In this document: piece after piece, positions 20,701 through 33,646 of the stretch
Layout of the letters: each line of letters opens with the position of its first letter
Numbering within the stretch: the first letter of the stretch is position 1
Source of the DNA: Lingula anatina
Lineage: Eukaryota > Animalia > Brachiopoda
Length of the DNA: 64,000 nt
Assembly: GCA_051362555.1 (NCBI GenBank)
Contig: CM120640.1
Location: 43,564,788 to 43,628,787 of the forward strand
Reading direction: 5' to 3'
Notes under the pieces: generated by a model
What the model was told of the DNA's origin: nothing
What the model saw: the letters and a program-made list of their open reading frames with translations, nothing else
Databases searched by the model: none
Program-made: the position numbers and the translations under genes

Positions 20701-23700
20701 TCCAGTCTGACGCAAGGACAGAACATGCATTCTGCAGGCCATTTTGAGTTTCTACGTTACTCAGTGTATTGGTGTTTCTTCTATCAACATCCTGTATAGG
20801 CTTCACATCTCTTACAGCTTTGTCACTGGAAGCACAAGAGGAGATGCTATTGTTTGAGATAGCAGAACACGGAGTTATGGCTTTATCCTTTAAAAAGCTA
20901 CCTGAAATTGCTGTTATCGATGTGCTGATATTCAATGTGTCAGAAGAGGAAGCATGCTTTGGACCACTTTTGAATACAGCAGGCCTTGGACTTTCTGCAT
21001 CTATGCAACCATAAAGGACTGTGCTGTCTAGGTCTATTCGAGGTGAAGAGGTTGGTTCTTGAGAATTATTTTCTTCTCTCCCTGATATAGCCAATGCTGT
21101 TGAACTGCAGCTTGGTTTATTTTCAACTTTTACCATGAAATCATTTTCAACTGCAGAAGGCAGATTGGCCACAGATGAGTTAAATTGTCTGCCAAAGTCA
21201 GCAAGAGAAACAGCCCCTTCGGTCTTGTCAATGCCTAAAGAATCAAATGGTCCTGACTGAATATGTCTTATATCTGGTTTTGTTCTTGGAGAACTTGCAA
21301 CTTTGTTTGATACTCCAGCACAGGGCACCTCTGAGTTATATTCAGACTTGATATGTACAGTTTGAGTGCTACATGACGACACTGTTCTTGCAGCCGAAAC
21401 GGATCTTGTTTGGTCATTTGTAACTGTAGAATCATGTTGGTTCTGCTGGGCATCTCTGGATAAGGGCACTAAATGTTCAGCAGTAGATGAAGATTGTACG
21501 TCAACAGGGGAAACTGCTTCTGGCTGCCGCCAAGCCTCATGAGATGATGAAGACTGTGCAGGGAGTGTTTGTATCCTGGATGCAGTATTCTCAACCACTG
21601 ATCCCCGAGTTTCTAAATTTGTGGATGAAGGTAATAAATATTGACCTGTAGATGCAGATTGTACCTCAACAGGTGAAACTGCTACCCGTTGCTGCCAAGC
21701 TTCAGGAGGTGAAGAAAACTGTAATGGGGGTGTAAATGACCTGGATATAGCATTCTCTACTACTGATCCCAGAGTTTGTAAATTACCCGAGGTATTTCTA
21801 GGCGCATCATTGCTATTTCTTTGGCTTCCTACAATCATGTCTGCACTTAGCAGACTCCCCTGAGAACTTCTTTGGATTGAACCAGGGTTTGGTTGACCTG
21901 GAGGATACTGTTGTGGCAAAAGTGTTTGTTGTTGTTGTTGTCTATTAGAAGACCTACAATCAATGATTGGTCCCGAAATACTATTGCTCTGTTCTGTACT
22001 ACTTGTCCAGTTAGATCTGGGTTGATTGTAAACCCATGAAGTAGAATTTGGCAGTGCTGTTGGCTGCTGATATGTCATTTGTTGATTAGAGTGCATATAC
22101 CCAGGCATTACATTTTGGGTTTGCTGGAGTGGTTCATTTGCATTCCACCTGTTCACAGCTGATTTTGCTTGGGAGTGTCCATTTCTCATCTCAGTCTGGG
22201 TTCTTAGCAATTGTTGTGCATATCCGTGCCTGTTTGTATCATAGATGTGATTGGATGAAGGACCTGACCATGCATTTGGGCCTTGATTTTGTCCAGGCAT
22301 TTGTCCTTGAGCAATATGCAAGTTTGTTGATTTTGAATACTGATACTGTGAGAGTGCCACACCAGTTGTATTGTGGTAGTTTCTTGCTGGCCATATATGC
22401 TGCTGTGACTGCTGAAATTGTTGTGGCTGCTGATATGTGCTAAGTACTGGTGGTATAACTGATGAATTAGGCATAATATGAACTCCACCTTCTTTGTGCT
22501 TTTCCTGAGTGTTTTCTTTCAGCGGTGGATAATATGGCACAGTTTGATTACCCTGCAATTGTGGCAACCCCTGTTGATGCACATTATCATTTGGTCCTTT
22601 CAAACTCCTGACTTCAATTTTATCTTTAATCAAATGTTCTACACCATTGATCCATTCATACTGTAACTTAGCCACCTTTGATCGTTCCTGTGCAACAGTA
22701 TGTAATGCCTTCAGTGTTTCCAAAGGTACCCTGTCCATTGTGGAAATATATTGCTGCATTCTATTGGGGTCAGGCCATGGACGGTTTGAAGCTGGGAGCA
22801 AAGAATTGTTGGTGGTAGTCCCATTCTGATAATGACTTGGTGTGGTAATATGTCTAACACTGCCAGATTTGTCTGATGACCACATATCTTTACTTCTTTG
22901 CAAATTCACCGGGTTTGTATTCTTGATAGGGGGAGTGACCTTCTCACTGTAGCTGTACTGTCTATTAAAAAAAAATGTTGTAGCATTAGTTCAAATTAAT
23001 GTCATCTTAAAAAAGCAATACAAAAGTGATGCACAAAAAATGGTGAATCGAAACCGTGATTAAATTTCTATCAGCATATATTCATTGCTGCACTGCACTC
23101 TAGTGCCATTACTTCTGACCTCATTCTCATCCAATTCCCATGACATCTTACTTGATGTTAAGTTGCCAGATTGGGCTATATTGGACAATTCCCGACATCA
23201 TAAGACACCCTCTCTTCAACTATAAGACAAGATGTTTTACATTCCTTTCCAGGCATAAATGAATGGTTGAAGGGTTAAATTTGTAAAATCATGGTATGTG
23301 AATGTTTTTCATCTGTCAAAAATTTTATCTTTTAGAAAAACTGCATGTACTTTTACTGTATGTTCAGCTGTGCTATGTTAAGATGTTTAAACATTTTAAG
23401 GTCAGTTTCATGATAAAAATGGCAAAATAGGAGTGTCATGCATGGTATGTTTCAGTTTTGACAATTCACTAAAGCGTCTGTTGACATTTAATTCTAAAAA
23501 CATTGTACTTTACCACATTAAGAAAAAAAACTTCTTGAAATGCCTCTCCTAAAGCAACAGTGGTCAGAAATTGACATTTCAGAAGGCCCATTTTTCAATT
23601 TTACAAGTATTTGCTGTGGGCCATGGGTTATGGCACTTTAGAGACCAAGACTGGGTTCCCATCCCTAGATCAATCTAATAGGATTGGTCCATCTCCACTG

Positions 23701-24241
23701 GGTCCCTCGCTGAATGCCATCATCTGGGATGCCCACTAAAGCTGCTAAATGGTAGTTTATTAAGCCGCCCAAGTTAATGGCAATTAAGCAAGAATCCACT
23801 CCGAGATATTTCAATCCAAAGTTGGTACGATAGGGTATGGGAATGGTCTCTACCCCCAGACTTGCTACATCTAAAAAAAGGAACTACCTGCAGATCTTCT
23901 AGCACTAACCACCTAACCCACAAATTAACCAGCACTACTGGATGAATGTTAGTGCTAGATATCGCTTTGTTGGTGCTAAATAATTGTATGGTGTGTTGGT
24001 TAATTTGTGGGTTATGCAGTAAATATGGGTATTAGTGCTAAAAGATCTGCGGGTAATGCTAGTAAATGGCTAATCTCTTTAGGAGGCCTGTAGTTCAGAT
24101 CGAGCAATGAATAGTTATAAGCATTTTTGAACTTACCTATTTGGTGACCAATTACTGTTTCCTTCCCAAGAATTCATGTTTACATTACTATCATCAAATG
24201 CATTCCACCAGTCACCAACTATGTCACTCCCTTCAGGCTGC
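17789..24241 (-). CDS. Uncharacterised large (>1700 aa) S/Q/P-rich, probably nuclear protein with a C-terminal Ski/Sno/Dach-like domain; one giant 5173-nt terminal exon
   Basis: Open frame 17789-22960 preceded by acceptor TTTTAATAG| (exon starts 22961, phase 2). In-phase upstream exon 24137-24241 (TTTTAG|G CAG CCT...AAT AG|GTAAGT; QPEGSDIVGDWWNAFDDSNVNMNSWEGNSNWSPNR). Minus-strand AATAAA near 17505-17510. The domain call is by-eye inference. Confidence 0.85.
21460..21775 (-). repeat. In-frame 165-bp (55-aa) tandem duplication inside the giant exon
   Basis: GSVVENAISRSFTPPLQFSSPPEAWQQRVAVSPVEVQSASTGQYLLP vs GSVVENTASRIQTLPAQSSSSHEAWRQPEAVSPVDVQSSSTAEHLVP. Confidence 0.85.
23650..23850. mobile_element. 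Decayed copy of the foldback MITE family also seen at 34.8 kb and 60.4 kb
   Basis: Shares CCTAGATCAATCTAA.AGGAT...CCATCTC...AAGCTGCTAAATG...TGGGAATGGTC with 34826-35057 and 60358-60602. Confidence 0.7.
23885..24055. mobile_element. TA-flanked foldback MITE
   Basis: TACCTGCAGATCTT.TAGCACTAA / TTAGTGCTA.AAGATCTGCGGGTA, with inner arms TAACCCACAAATTAACCA / TGGTTAATTTGTGGGTTA. Confidence 0.75.
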
Positions 24242-24559
24242 CTAAAACACAATTATTAAAATAATGTTAAAAAATCAAACAAAAAATGACAGAAATACAT
24301 CTGACAAATGTAATCTCATGGTTATCTCCTTGAAATGTTTGAATGTACTTGGAGAAAAGTTGTATAGCAATTAGTACCCACAGGCACTACAACACACACC
24401 TGAAATACAGCAAAGATAGCTTCCATGTCTATAAATCTGATACCTGTAACCTGATGCAACTACATGATATTCTTTTTTGTCTTGAAACAAAACAACAGCG
24501 AGTGAAACATGATATCCCACCTTCTTAAGAGTAAGAAAACTTATGTAAGGCACCAATCA

Positions 24560-25200
24560 TACTTCAATGATCCAAGTATTGTGACATTCTCTGGTTCTCA
24601 GGCATCTATTTATAACTGTGAGAAGAAATAGTTTCTGAAACACCAGCAGATCTGCAGTAAAGTTCACTTTCTGATCCTGAATTTTCACAGGCCCAGATAC
24701 ACTTTTGTTTCTACACTTAATCAATTTAGATGTCACTGTATTTGTGGTTTCTTTCCAGTCAGCTGGGAGCCCCCTGATAAGTTTTCCTGATTGTTTACAG
24801 TTTGAGCCTTTTTAACAGGTGGCCTGCATTCCTTTGCAATGTGCCCATATCTGTGACAACTCCACATTTGCTTTTCAGTTTCTTAACTGATGTGGTGGAT
24901 TTCTTTGGCTTTTCACTTTATTGGATTTTATTATATTCTTCAGTCCATCTAATTTTTTATCAACTTTCTTTTCAAATTGCTGTAACTGGCTTTAAGTCAC
25001 AACAGCATCTGGTTTAATTGCTCTCACACTAGGTCTTTTTAATGTCTCCTCCCTGAGGTTGCTACACATTTCAAGGGCCTCTCTTGCCTCATCTAAATTA
25101 CTTAATCATCTAAATGCCCACTGCCACTGTAGCTAAGGGGTCCAGCAAACCTTAAATAAAATGAAGAAAGGCAATTCTCTGGGTGCAAAGCTATATTCCA
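24560..25200 (-). mobile_element. Decayed LTR-retrotransposon (Gypsy-like) gag remnant
   Basis: Minus strand ~24869-24823 reads (C)WSCHRYGHIAKECR, a CCHC zinc knuckle with the first Cys disrupted, followed by PPVKKAQTVNNQENL; the surrounding frame is broken by stops. Boundaries approximate. Confidence 0.55.
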
Positions 25201-28200
25201 GAGGTCTATAAAACTGAGAAAAACAACATTTTTAAAATTAATTAAAATTATTTGATTCACCTTCCAACTAACGCCGTCTTCTTAGCTGTAGTTGACACAT
25301 TTTTGTGATTCACACATCTTTTTACAACCACCATACTCTGGAAAGACTGAAATATTCACTAATTTTTGTCAAGGTTATTCCTTTGATCCCATTGACTGAG
25401 CTTTGACAGGGATGCATCAAAGGTATTTCAGGGGTGTAACCATTACAATGATAACTTCAAACACATACCATTGTTGTGTAATACACTTTATATGGCTTAT
25501 GTTGCAGATATTCATTATAAGTGTGTCTTCCCAGAGGTGTTGAGAACCTTATAAATTGTATCAGTGTTCTATATATATATATATATTTTTGTACTGACAT
25601 CACAACTGGAAAGATAACAATACATGTTAATATTTCCCTGTGTGAAAACAGTTTTTGTTGATAAAATAATGCTGCTTAAAATCTTATGCATAACATTTTT
25701 CTACTCTAGAAGGAATGAAAACATGAACGTGAAGGCTTGTTCTTTTGAGATCCTTCCTGGTAAGTTAAAATACTGCCAAAGGTGCCTTAAAGTTACCTCA
25801 ATCGTAACAAGTCCACAGCAAATAAACCTGTTCTTAAGTCTGAACAATACACTTATGCTCAACCAATTAGTCAAAATAAGAGCTTCTTTGGCCAACCTTT
25901 CAGTCAAGTTTTCCCTTACAAATGTGCCTATGAAATCCTACCAGGACTTAAATTACTGTATAAACATAACATCAAGAAAAAATAGCTTCACCTTTATAGT
26001 AGGTTACATAATCAACTGTAAAATAAATACTGTGGAATCCATAATCAAAGGAAACCCTGCCCAAATAAACATTACAACTTCACGAAAATGAAGCAACATA
26101 CCCAATAATCTTGCCAACTGTGAGGTCTCTTATGTGACCAATTCTCAATCAGTTTTTCCAAAGTGTGGACTGAATACTGCCCACCAGAGGTCAGCTGGGT
26201 GATTACATAATTTCTGTGCACCCCAGGAATCTGTACACATAATTAGACAGAAAAATATCTGTGAATAGCTAGTCTCTAGCCCTGAATGGCATAGGGTATG
26301 GGTTGATACTCCTTCATCACCTCTTACTTGTTAGATTGTCACACCTTTTACCTGCATCAAAGCTCGGTTCAACAATATTAGAGTACTTGTTCAAAATCTT
26401 CCGTCTCCATCAAAAGGGACAATTGAACCCTTTCTTTGATGTGGAGACAGACTGGGTGACTGAATCAGATATAAGAGATAACATAGCTGAAAGGTGAAGA
26501 CTGCACTTAGTTATATAATAGTAGTAAGTGGTCTAGACTTGAGTCTCTCATCCAGCATGACTTATTAAACCAAAGACCTTGCCAAATTATTTTACTATTA
26601 AAGTTAGGGGGCATTAAGCCATATACCACCTTGCCATCTTGTTATTTGAAAGATCTGTACTACATTCATGCAATACCTGGTAAGAGTGAACATTTACATA
26701 GCAAATGACCACATAGATTCCCCACTATGTACAATGACCTTTACCATGCAGTGAACTGTACCAGGTTCAACCTGAACACCCTTATCTCACCAGAAAGTAG
26801 TATCATGTCAGTACTAGCAATTGAGCATTATCAAGTAAAATCCCTTTACACATTGCATGTCACATTATGATAAAATGGTCTTAAACTTGAAAGTTAATAT
26901 GATAGGTGTTGAGACAGTGAGAAAAGGGAAACCTTAATCAAGCAGGAAAATTGATGGTTACTCAGTAGACAGGAAGCATCACAGGTGAAAAGATTACATA
27001 AAAGTTTTGAAGGTCACACCATGAGTATGTTATCTTATTTCATTAACTTACGGAGTTGCAGAATAAGTGTTTTTATTAAATTTTCAATTTTTTTTGAGAA
27101 AAATCTCTTTAAAGAGAACACAAAGGTTCCATCAGTCAACAATTTGTAGAACCTGTCTTCACTCCATGAGGTTAAGGCCAAATTTTCTCATAAATTAGTA
27201 GAGTAATTTATAGCGCTATCTGGCTGTTGGCAACAAAATCAGATCAATTTTCAGTAGTGTGAAACTTGTGAGGGTGAAGGGGTACTTGTTGACCAGCTTC
27301 AAGTCTTGTGAAATGAATGATTGATTAAAGGGTTTGCTTCATGCCGTCAGAATGGCCTGAACGGAACATATTCTTCAGAAAACATGCCCAACTAACGATA
27401 TCTTTATCTAAATACACAAATTAAAAGCTCATTTTGTAAATTTTTGGCTTTAAAAAACGTCCTATTTGCTCGGCCTGGGAGTTAATGAGCTACGTGGTCA
27501 CGTGGTCCAATGACGACAATCGAGCCACTGGAGAACAGAGCGTGCTTAGCTGTCAAACTGAGCTGTATTGTCTACCTGTAAGATGACTTCTCTGGCTTCT
27601 GATAAAAGTTTATACTCATTCAAATCTCTTACCCGAGGGGTCTAAATCCTCGTGAAGCTGTGTAAAACCATTTCCCGTCTAGTCATTTCTTTAACAAGCA
27701 TTTCATTATGGTTATCCCAAGTTGTATAAAACACTGCAATCGAATGAGTTAAGGGAAATGTTGATTATTGCATATGAGGTCCATGTTATTTGTGAAATTC
27801 AATTTATTTTATTAAACCGCTGACACTCCGTCTTGCATACTTTTATTAAACTGAGGTAAACAATGCCCGTTACCTTTACAAGTCCTATCTTAATCATCCA
27901 TCTAACTGGAACTTCCTTTACCTCTTAATTAGAGGGTTAAATGGCATTCAATTTGTCTTGCTTGTATCGAACGCACTCTCTATCTAAGCTTTACTCCAGT
28001 TATCTCAGGTAAAAATCTACCTGTGCGTTAGTTACAAAGCGCAGCTCCCGTAGACCTGGGGGTACTAGATAAAATCTGAACACCAGGTTTATCGAGGAGC
28101 TAGAGAAAGAAAGGAAGAATTTTTCCTGCACAACTTCATAGGAATTTTAACACGGACTTGATCCAGCTTAGACCTCCAAACTAACAGGGTGACATGGGCA

Positions 28201-29114
28201 ATTTTCACAAACAAATCATAAAACTATATTTCAGTTAACCGCCTTTAAAATAAATATACCGTTCTGGGTAAATTAAAATGGTTATTAAATCGCAAGAATA
28301 TTTTTGACTTAAATGATGATTTTATTATAAATGGAAATTAAGCTACTATATGAGGTACATTTGCTGTGATTACGCTGTCCTTCATGTTTTGCGTAAGTCT
28401 ACATTTTGCTGTATGTGCTTGTAATCTTTTTAAATATGTGCGTACAATTTTTGCAGGTCTGGTTACCCCCCTGTTATGTGATGAGAGTATTAATTTGGCA
28501 ATTAGTTCCTTAGCTTATTTGAATAGAATTGCAGTGTAAAATTTTCAACAAGATGTTGGCGAAATAGCCCATTACTCTTTGTAGGTATTTCCCCCGTCAA
28601 AGTTTGTCTAAAATTATCTTTCAATCTTTACTCTTTCAAAGACAGTATAAAGTTACCTGACATATTTTCGTGTAAACTTAATGACAAGCCAAGTGTCTCC
28701 AGTTCATTCCGTACTCAATTTTACCCAAGCAAATTTTTTTCTTGAGTAGATCTTTATAGCACGGTGTTATAAGCTTACAAATTTGCAAAAAAAAAAAATT
28801 GCGTACTGACGCAGAATTTGCGTTTCAAGTTATAAAATAATCAATCTTTTAAATTATTTAATATTTCAGATGAAATAATCTTCAGAAACAAATCTCAAAG
28901 CATAAACGAATTAGGATAACGAACCATTTTATTATAGCAGTTCCCATTTTTTCTTTAATATAACGCTCTTTTTCCTGTTTTTCCTCAACACGTTTTCTTC
29001 CACGGAAGCTTCAAGATACCCTGAGAGCAATTTCTTTTATTAATGTTCGCGACCGTGTTTGAACTTAATTGTTTAAGTATTGATATTTAACGTCATTTAC
29101 AAATACCAATAAAA

Positions 29115-32020
29115 CTAGAGGATCAGAGAGGCGATACCGCCTCCGAATATTGTACCACCAGCTGGAGCAAGAGCATTCGTATAGACCCCCACATACACAA
29201 AATAAGGGACACAGCCACCAGTTTTGTGCTTGACAAGCTGTAAAAATGCAATCAACAAGAATTTTTAAACTATTGCAAAAAATATATATGGTACAATCAA
29301 ATTTAAGTTCTTCGTAAGGTAGGTCAAGGGTCAATTTCAAGGTCACAGTAAATTGCCAGTATATGACTTCCTATTCAAGTTCAAGAGTAACTATGGACCT
29401 ATCTCTGTCAAGTTTGAAGTTAAAAGAGAAAGAAATTAGCAGAGTTCAGTTCATGATAAAAAAGTAGGTCAAAGGTAAATTTCAAGGTCACATTTAGATT
29501 GCCAGTATATGACTTTCTATTCAAGTTCAATAGTAACTATGGACCTATCTCTGCCAGTTTTGGAGATAAAAGGGAAGCAAAATTTGCAAAGTTCAGTTTA
29601 TGGTGAAAAGTAGGACAAAGGTCAATTTTAATGTCACATTTATAATGCCAGTATATGACTTCCTATTCAAGTTCAATAGTAACTATGGACCTATCTCAGC
29701 CAGTTTTGGAGATAAAAGGAAAGCAAAATTTGCAAAATTCAGTTTATGGTGTAAAGTAGGTCAAAGGTCAATTTTAAGGTCACATTTAGATTGCCAGTAT
29801 ATGACTTCCTTTTCAAGTTCAATAGTAACTATGGACCTATCTCTGCCAGTTTTGGAGATAAAAAGGAAAGCAAAATTTGCAAAGTTCAGTTCATGGTGAA
29901 AAGTAGGTCAAAGGTCAATTTCAAGGTCACATTTAGATTGCCAGTATATGACTTCCTATTCAAGTTCAATAGTAACTATAGACCTATCTCAGCCAGTTTT
30001 GGAGATAAAAGGGAAGCAAAATTTGCAAAATTCAGTTCATGGTGAAAAGTAGGTCAAAGGTCAATTTCAAGGTCACATTTAGATTGCCAGTATATGACTT
30101 CCTATTCAAGTTCAATAGTAACTTTGGACCTATCTCTGCCAGTTTTGGAGATAAAAGGGAAGCAAAATTTGCAAAGTTCAGTTTATGGTGAAAAGTAGGT
30201 CAAAGGTCAATTTTGAGGTCACATTTAGATTGCCAGTATATGACTTCCTATTCAAGTTCAATAGTAACTACGGACCTATCTCAGCCAGTTTTGGAGATAA
30301 AAGGAAAGCAAAATTTGCAAAATTCAGTTCATGGTGAAAAGTAGGTCAAAGGTCAATTTTAAGGTCACATTTAGATTGCCAGTATATGACTTCCTATTCA
30401 AGTTCAATAGTAACTATGGACCTATCTCAGCCAGTTTTGGAGATAAAAGGAAAGCAAAATTTGCAAAATTCAGTTCATGGTGTAAAGTAGGTCAAAGGTC
30501 AATTTTAAGGTCACATTTAGATTGCCAGTATATGACTTCCTATTCAAGTTCAATAGTAACTATGGACCTATCTCTGCCAGTTTTGGAGATAAAAGGGAAG
30601 CAAATTTTGCAAAGTTCAGTTTATGGTGAAAAGTAGGTCAAAGGTCAATTTTAAGGTCACATTTAGATTGCCAGTATATGACTTCCTACTCAAGTTCAAT
30701 AGTAACTATGGACCTATCTCTGCCAGTTTTGGAGATAAAAGGGAAGAAAAATTTGCAAAGTTCAGTTCATGGTGAAAAGTAGGTCAAATGTCACTTTCAA
30801 GGTCATAGTAAGATTGCCAGTATATGACTTCCTATTCAACTTCAATAGTAACTATGGACCTATCTCTGCCAGTTTTGGAGATAAAAGGGAAGAAAAGTTT
30901 GCAAAGTTCAGTTCATGGTGAAAAGTAGGTCAAAGGTTACTTTCAAGGTCATAGTAAGATTGCCAGTATATGACTTCCTATTCAACTTCAATAGTAACTA
31001 TGGACCTATCTCTGCCAGTTTTGGAGATATAAGGGACTAAATGTTATAATTTTGGAGTTACCATAATGTGCCTTAAATTTCGTACAGAAAAAATTAATTA
31101 AAATAAAGAAAATGTCATTTTGGTCAAAATTCTTGAAATAGGAGGTGCTCTGAAGTTTCAGAAGTTCAAATTTGATGAAATAATGTCATTTTTGAACATA
31201 AGTTGTCTGCTTTGCCAAGCCTTATGTTTTATTTTTCCAGAGTTCAAAATTTATTATCCATTACCGTACTGCACATTTTGCTTTTACCACCAATATGTAC
31301 TTTTTGATACAGCGTAACTCGAAAACCGTATGGAATACAAAAAAACCGAGACCACCTCCAGTGTTGGGCTTTACATGCTCTACAAAATGCAAAAAAGAAT
31401 GTGTCTCTAGCATTAACGGTTCCCGAATTAGAGACAGTTTTCAGTTTCGGTATCTTATGGCCGCTACTCCTGTGAAAATGCACCGATTGACCCCAAATTC
31501 ATGGAGATGAAAGATGACCTGAAGGGTAACACCTTCCAATAATATTATTGGTTAAGTCTGTGTGGTGTCTGAATAACAGGGCAAAAAAAATTTTTTTCGT
31601 AAAAAATTTAATTTTTTTGAAAATTTTGGCCCATTTGACCTTGAAGTAAAGGTCAAAGGTTAAATCCAAGGGTATATTTGAAATCTACACATATGACTTT
31701 TGGAAAGCCGTCTATAGAAATTTTTCCCATAACTCCTTCCGTAGGGTAGATAATTAGCATTTAATTTTGCCATTTTTAGACAAGGGTGCATTGCAATGAG
31801 TGCCACACCCAGACCTCAATACCGACAAAGCCCAAATTTTACGTGGAACGAGTTGAGATTATAGGTGACCTAAATCCATGAGATGGGTACGGGGGCCCTT
31901 ACCGTCTAGGAGGAGAAGCGGTAACGGTAGCCGTCCGGCGGAGCCAACGGAGCCGGCGGAACGATCCGGACGGGACCGAAACCATGTGTACCGCCAGCGC
32001 TAACGCTGGTGGTACAATAA
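29115..32020 (-). mobile_element. Non-autonomous Helentron/HINE (DINE-1-like) rolling-circle element with an internal satellite array
   Basis: Perfect 15-bp subterminal IR TATTGTACCACCAGC (29148-29162) / GCTGGTGGTACAATA (32005-32019), the latter part of the palindrome GTACCGCCAGCG-CTAA-CGCTGGTGGTAC. Hairpin GAGGCG-ATAC-CGCCTC (29128-29143) lies just inside a minus-strand CTAG|TTTT end. ACGG/CCGG-type microsatellite at ~31920-31975. Confidence 0.8.
29319..31035 (+). repeat. Tandem array, ~146-bp unit x ~12
   Basis: GTAGG unit starts at 29319, 29464, 29610, 29756, 29903, 30049, 30195, 30341, 30487, 30633, 30779, 30925. Unit: GTAGGTCAAAGGTCAATTTCAAGGTCACATTTAGATTGCCAGTATATGACTTCCTATTCAAGTTCAATAGTAACTATGGACCTATCTC... 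Confidence 0.97.
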
Positions 32021-33446
32021 CCCCATGAAATAAATGAGATATATTGAAAAATATGAAAGCCCACCAAGACGAGCTTCATACCTGTTATTACCTGGCTTGG
32101 GAATTGCAGCGGTGCATAATTAACAGGTTTGTTGTAAACGAGCTTTTGGTCAACTACAATGCATTTAAAATGCATCAGCAATCAGTAAGTTTGCCAACTG
32201 ATGACAGTTAATCTGAAAGACTACCAGCTCTTGATATGATCTAAACCACCTGAGGTGACCATGATCTAGAGCATCGCAACTATTGTCACCGAAGTTAGTA
32301 AGTAAGTCACGGAAGACCGTCACAGACAAAGAAAGATTGTCAACGAGAGCTGCAATTTTGGTGAATCCCACGGCAACACACCTAGGCATAACGAAAATTC
32401 CTCAACTCCGTTCAACACAACTTTCCTTAACTTCTCCGTCTGTATGCACTATGCAGTTCAGTTGAGTCTCATAGACCTTTATCGTGATTGTCGTCACAGT
32501 ACCACGTGACCCAGATCTGTTGCTTCATTTTTGCATATTGAGGTGAGGTTTACTAAAACGCTTTTTTTTCTACTAATAGATTGTTTTTATAATTTTTAAA
32601 TGGCGGGGATCGATTAAAACATACCTCTAGTGTATAGATTGAGTGCTGTATCTTCAAAATTCAAGAAATGGATTTTTACATGAACATTGTCCTTTAATTA
32701 CATGCAGCAAGTGACTAGCACTGAAGTAAATAAAAAAAGTAAATAAAGTGCTAGTGCTACCAATATTCTGACAATCATGGTAAATGCGACTCTTGACACC
32801 AGCAAAAGTATTCAAAAAGTTCAGACAATCAATATATACTTCCATTGTCTTAGTTCAAATTAGGCCACCATGAGCTTACTACAAAATGTCACAAGGCAGA
32901 TTGCTGACTCATTCCAATCACCTATGCTTCTAATGTTCTGCTTCCACTAGAAATCTGTTTTCCACAAGAATTCTTGTACTAAAATCTCATAAAAAAATTA
33001 AGACTTACCACTGCTGTGGCCTTCTGAAATAATTAGCCTCCATAGAGACAATGGCTTAGAACGCAAAAAGTTTCATCATTTCAGGGGAACATCTACACTG
33101 TAGCACAAATCAAGGAGTTATACGTGCACTACTTTGTTTGCACTAACACTCCCCTGCATGTAGAATTCCTTTCAGCTTGATTATGTAACAGCCTACCCCC
33201 TTAATAGTAAGCAATTCCCACAGACTGAAGGGATTCCTGCTATTAATACAACTGGACCCATCAGCTAAGAAGGATTAAAGGTTCCTTCCATTAGGAAGTT
33301 TAATTTATGTATTAAAGGACTTATTTGACATTTCAAAGCCTTTATATAGTTTTCAATTACTCATTTCTATTAAGTACACTTGTTAAAAATCAAAATTTTA
33401 TTGAAGCCCATGTAAAAATGCCTATAGCTCTTGGTGTTTAGCTAAC

Positions 33447-33646
33447 TTAGGCTGTATTCCCAGAGATTTTAGATCGATCTAGATTACTGTTAGATAATCC
33501 GGCTTAAATGTCCGTCCCGCCTACTACAAGCTGTAAGGGGGTAATTAACTTTCGTGTCCGCCCAGCTAACAGCTATTTAGCATGAACCCCCAGGGAGTTA
33601 GGTCAATCTAAAGTAGATCGATCTAATCTCTGGAAATGGGATCTTA
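33447..33646. mobile_element. Foldback MITE (Harbinger/Tourist-like), related to the 60.4-kb family
   Basis: TTCCCAGAGATT..AGATCGATCTA at the left, TAGATCGATCTAATCTCTGGAAA at the right. Confidence 0.6.

Larger units (their letters stand above)
27329..32693. mobile_element. Possible Kolobok-like non-autonomous element hosting the Helentron insertion
   Basis: TTAA|AGGGTTTGCTTCATG at the left and CATGAACATTGTCCT|TTAA at the right (only 9/15 TIR match); subterminal CACGTG motifs (~27499, ~32503); THAP-like N-terminus MPRCVAVG starting at 32389 (-). Confidence 0.35.

Noticed and set aside
18369-22829. Short ORFs on the + strand and in alternative frames within the giant exon
   Set aside because: Shadow ORFs of the 1706-aa frame, with no independent signals.
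25624-26091. 155-aa + strand ORF
   Set aside because: No recognisable motif or splice support; AT-rich chance ORF or decayed TE.
29319-31035. CRISPR-like array, or repeat-protein ORFs (29600-29899, 29791-30045, 30331-30636)
   Set aside because: Units are full-length tandem copies with no unique spacers and no cas genes; 146 bp is not a multiple of 3, so the ORFs are frame-shifting artefacts.
32165-32389. Functional THAP-domain gene (MPRCVAVG...)
   Set aside because: The second Cys and the downstream W/C/H-F residues are missing; at most a TE relic.
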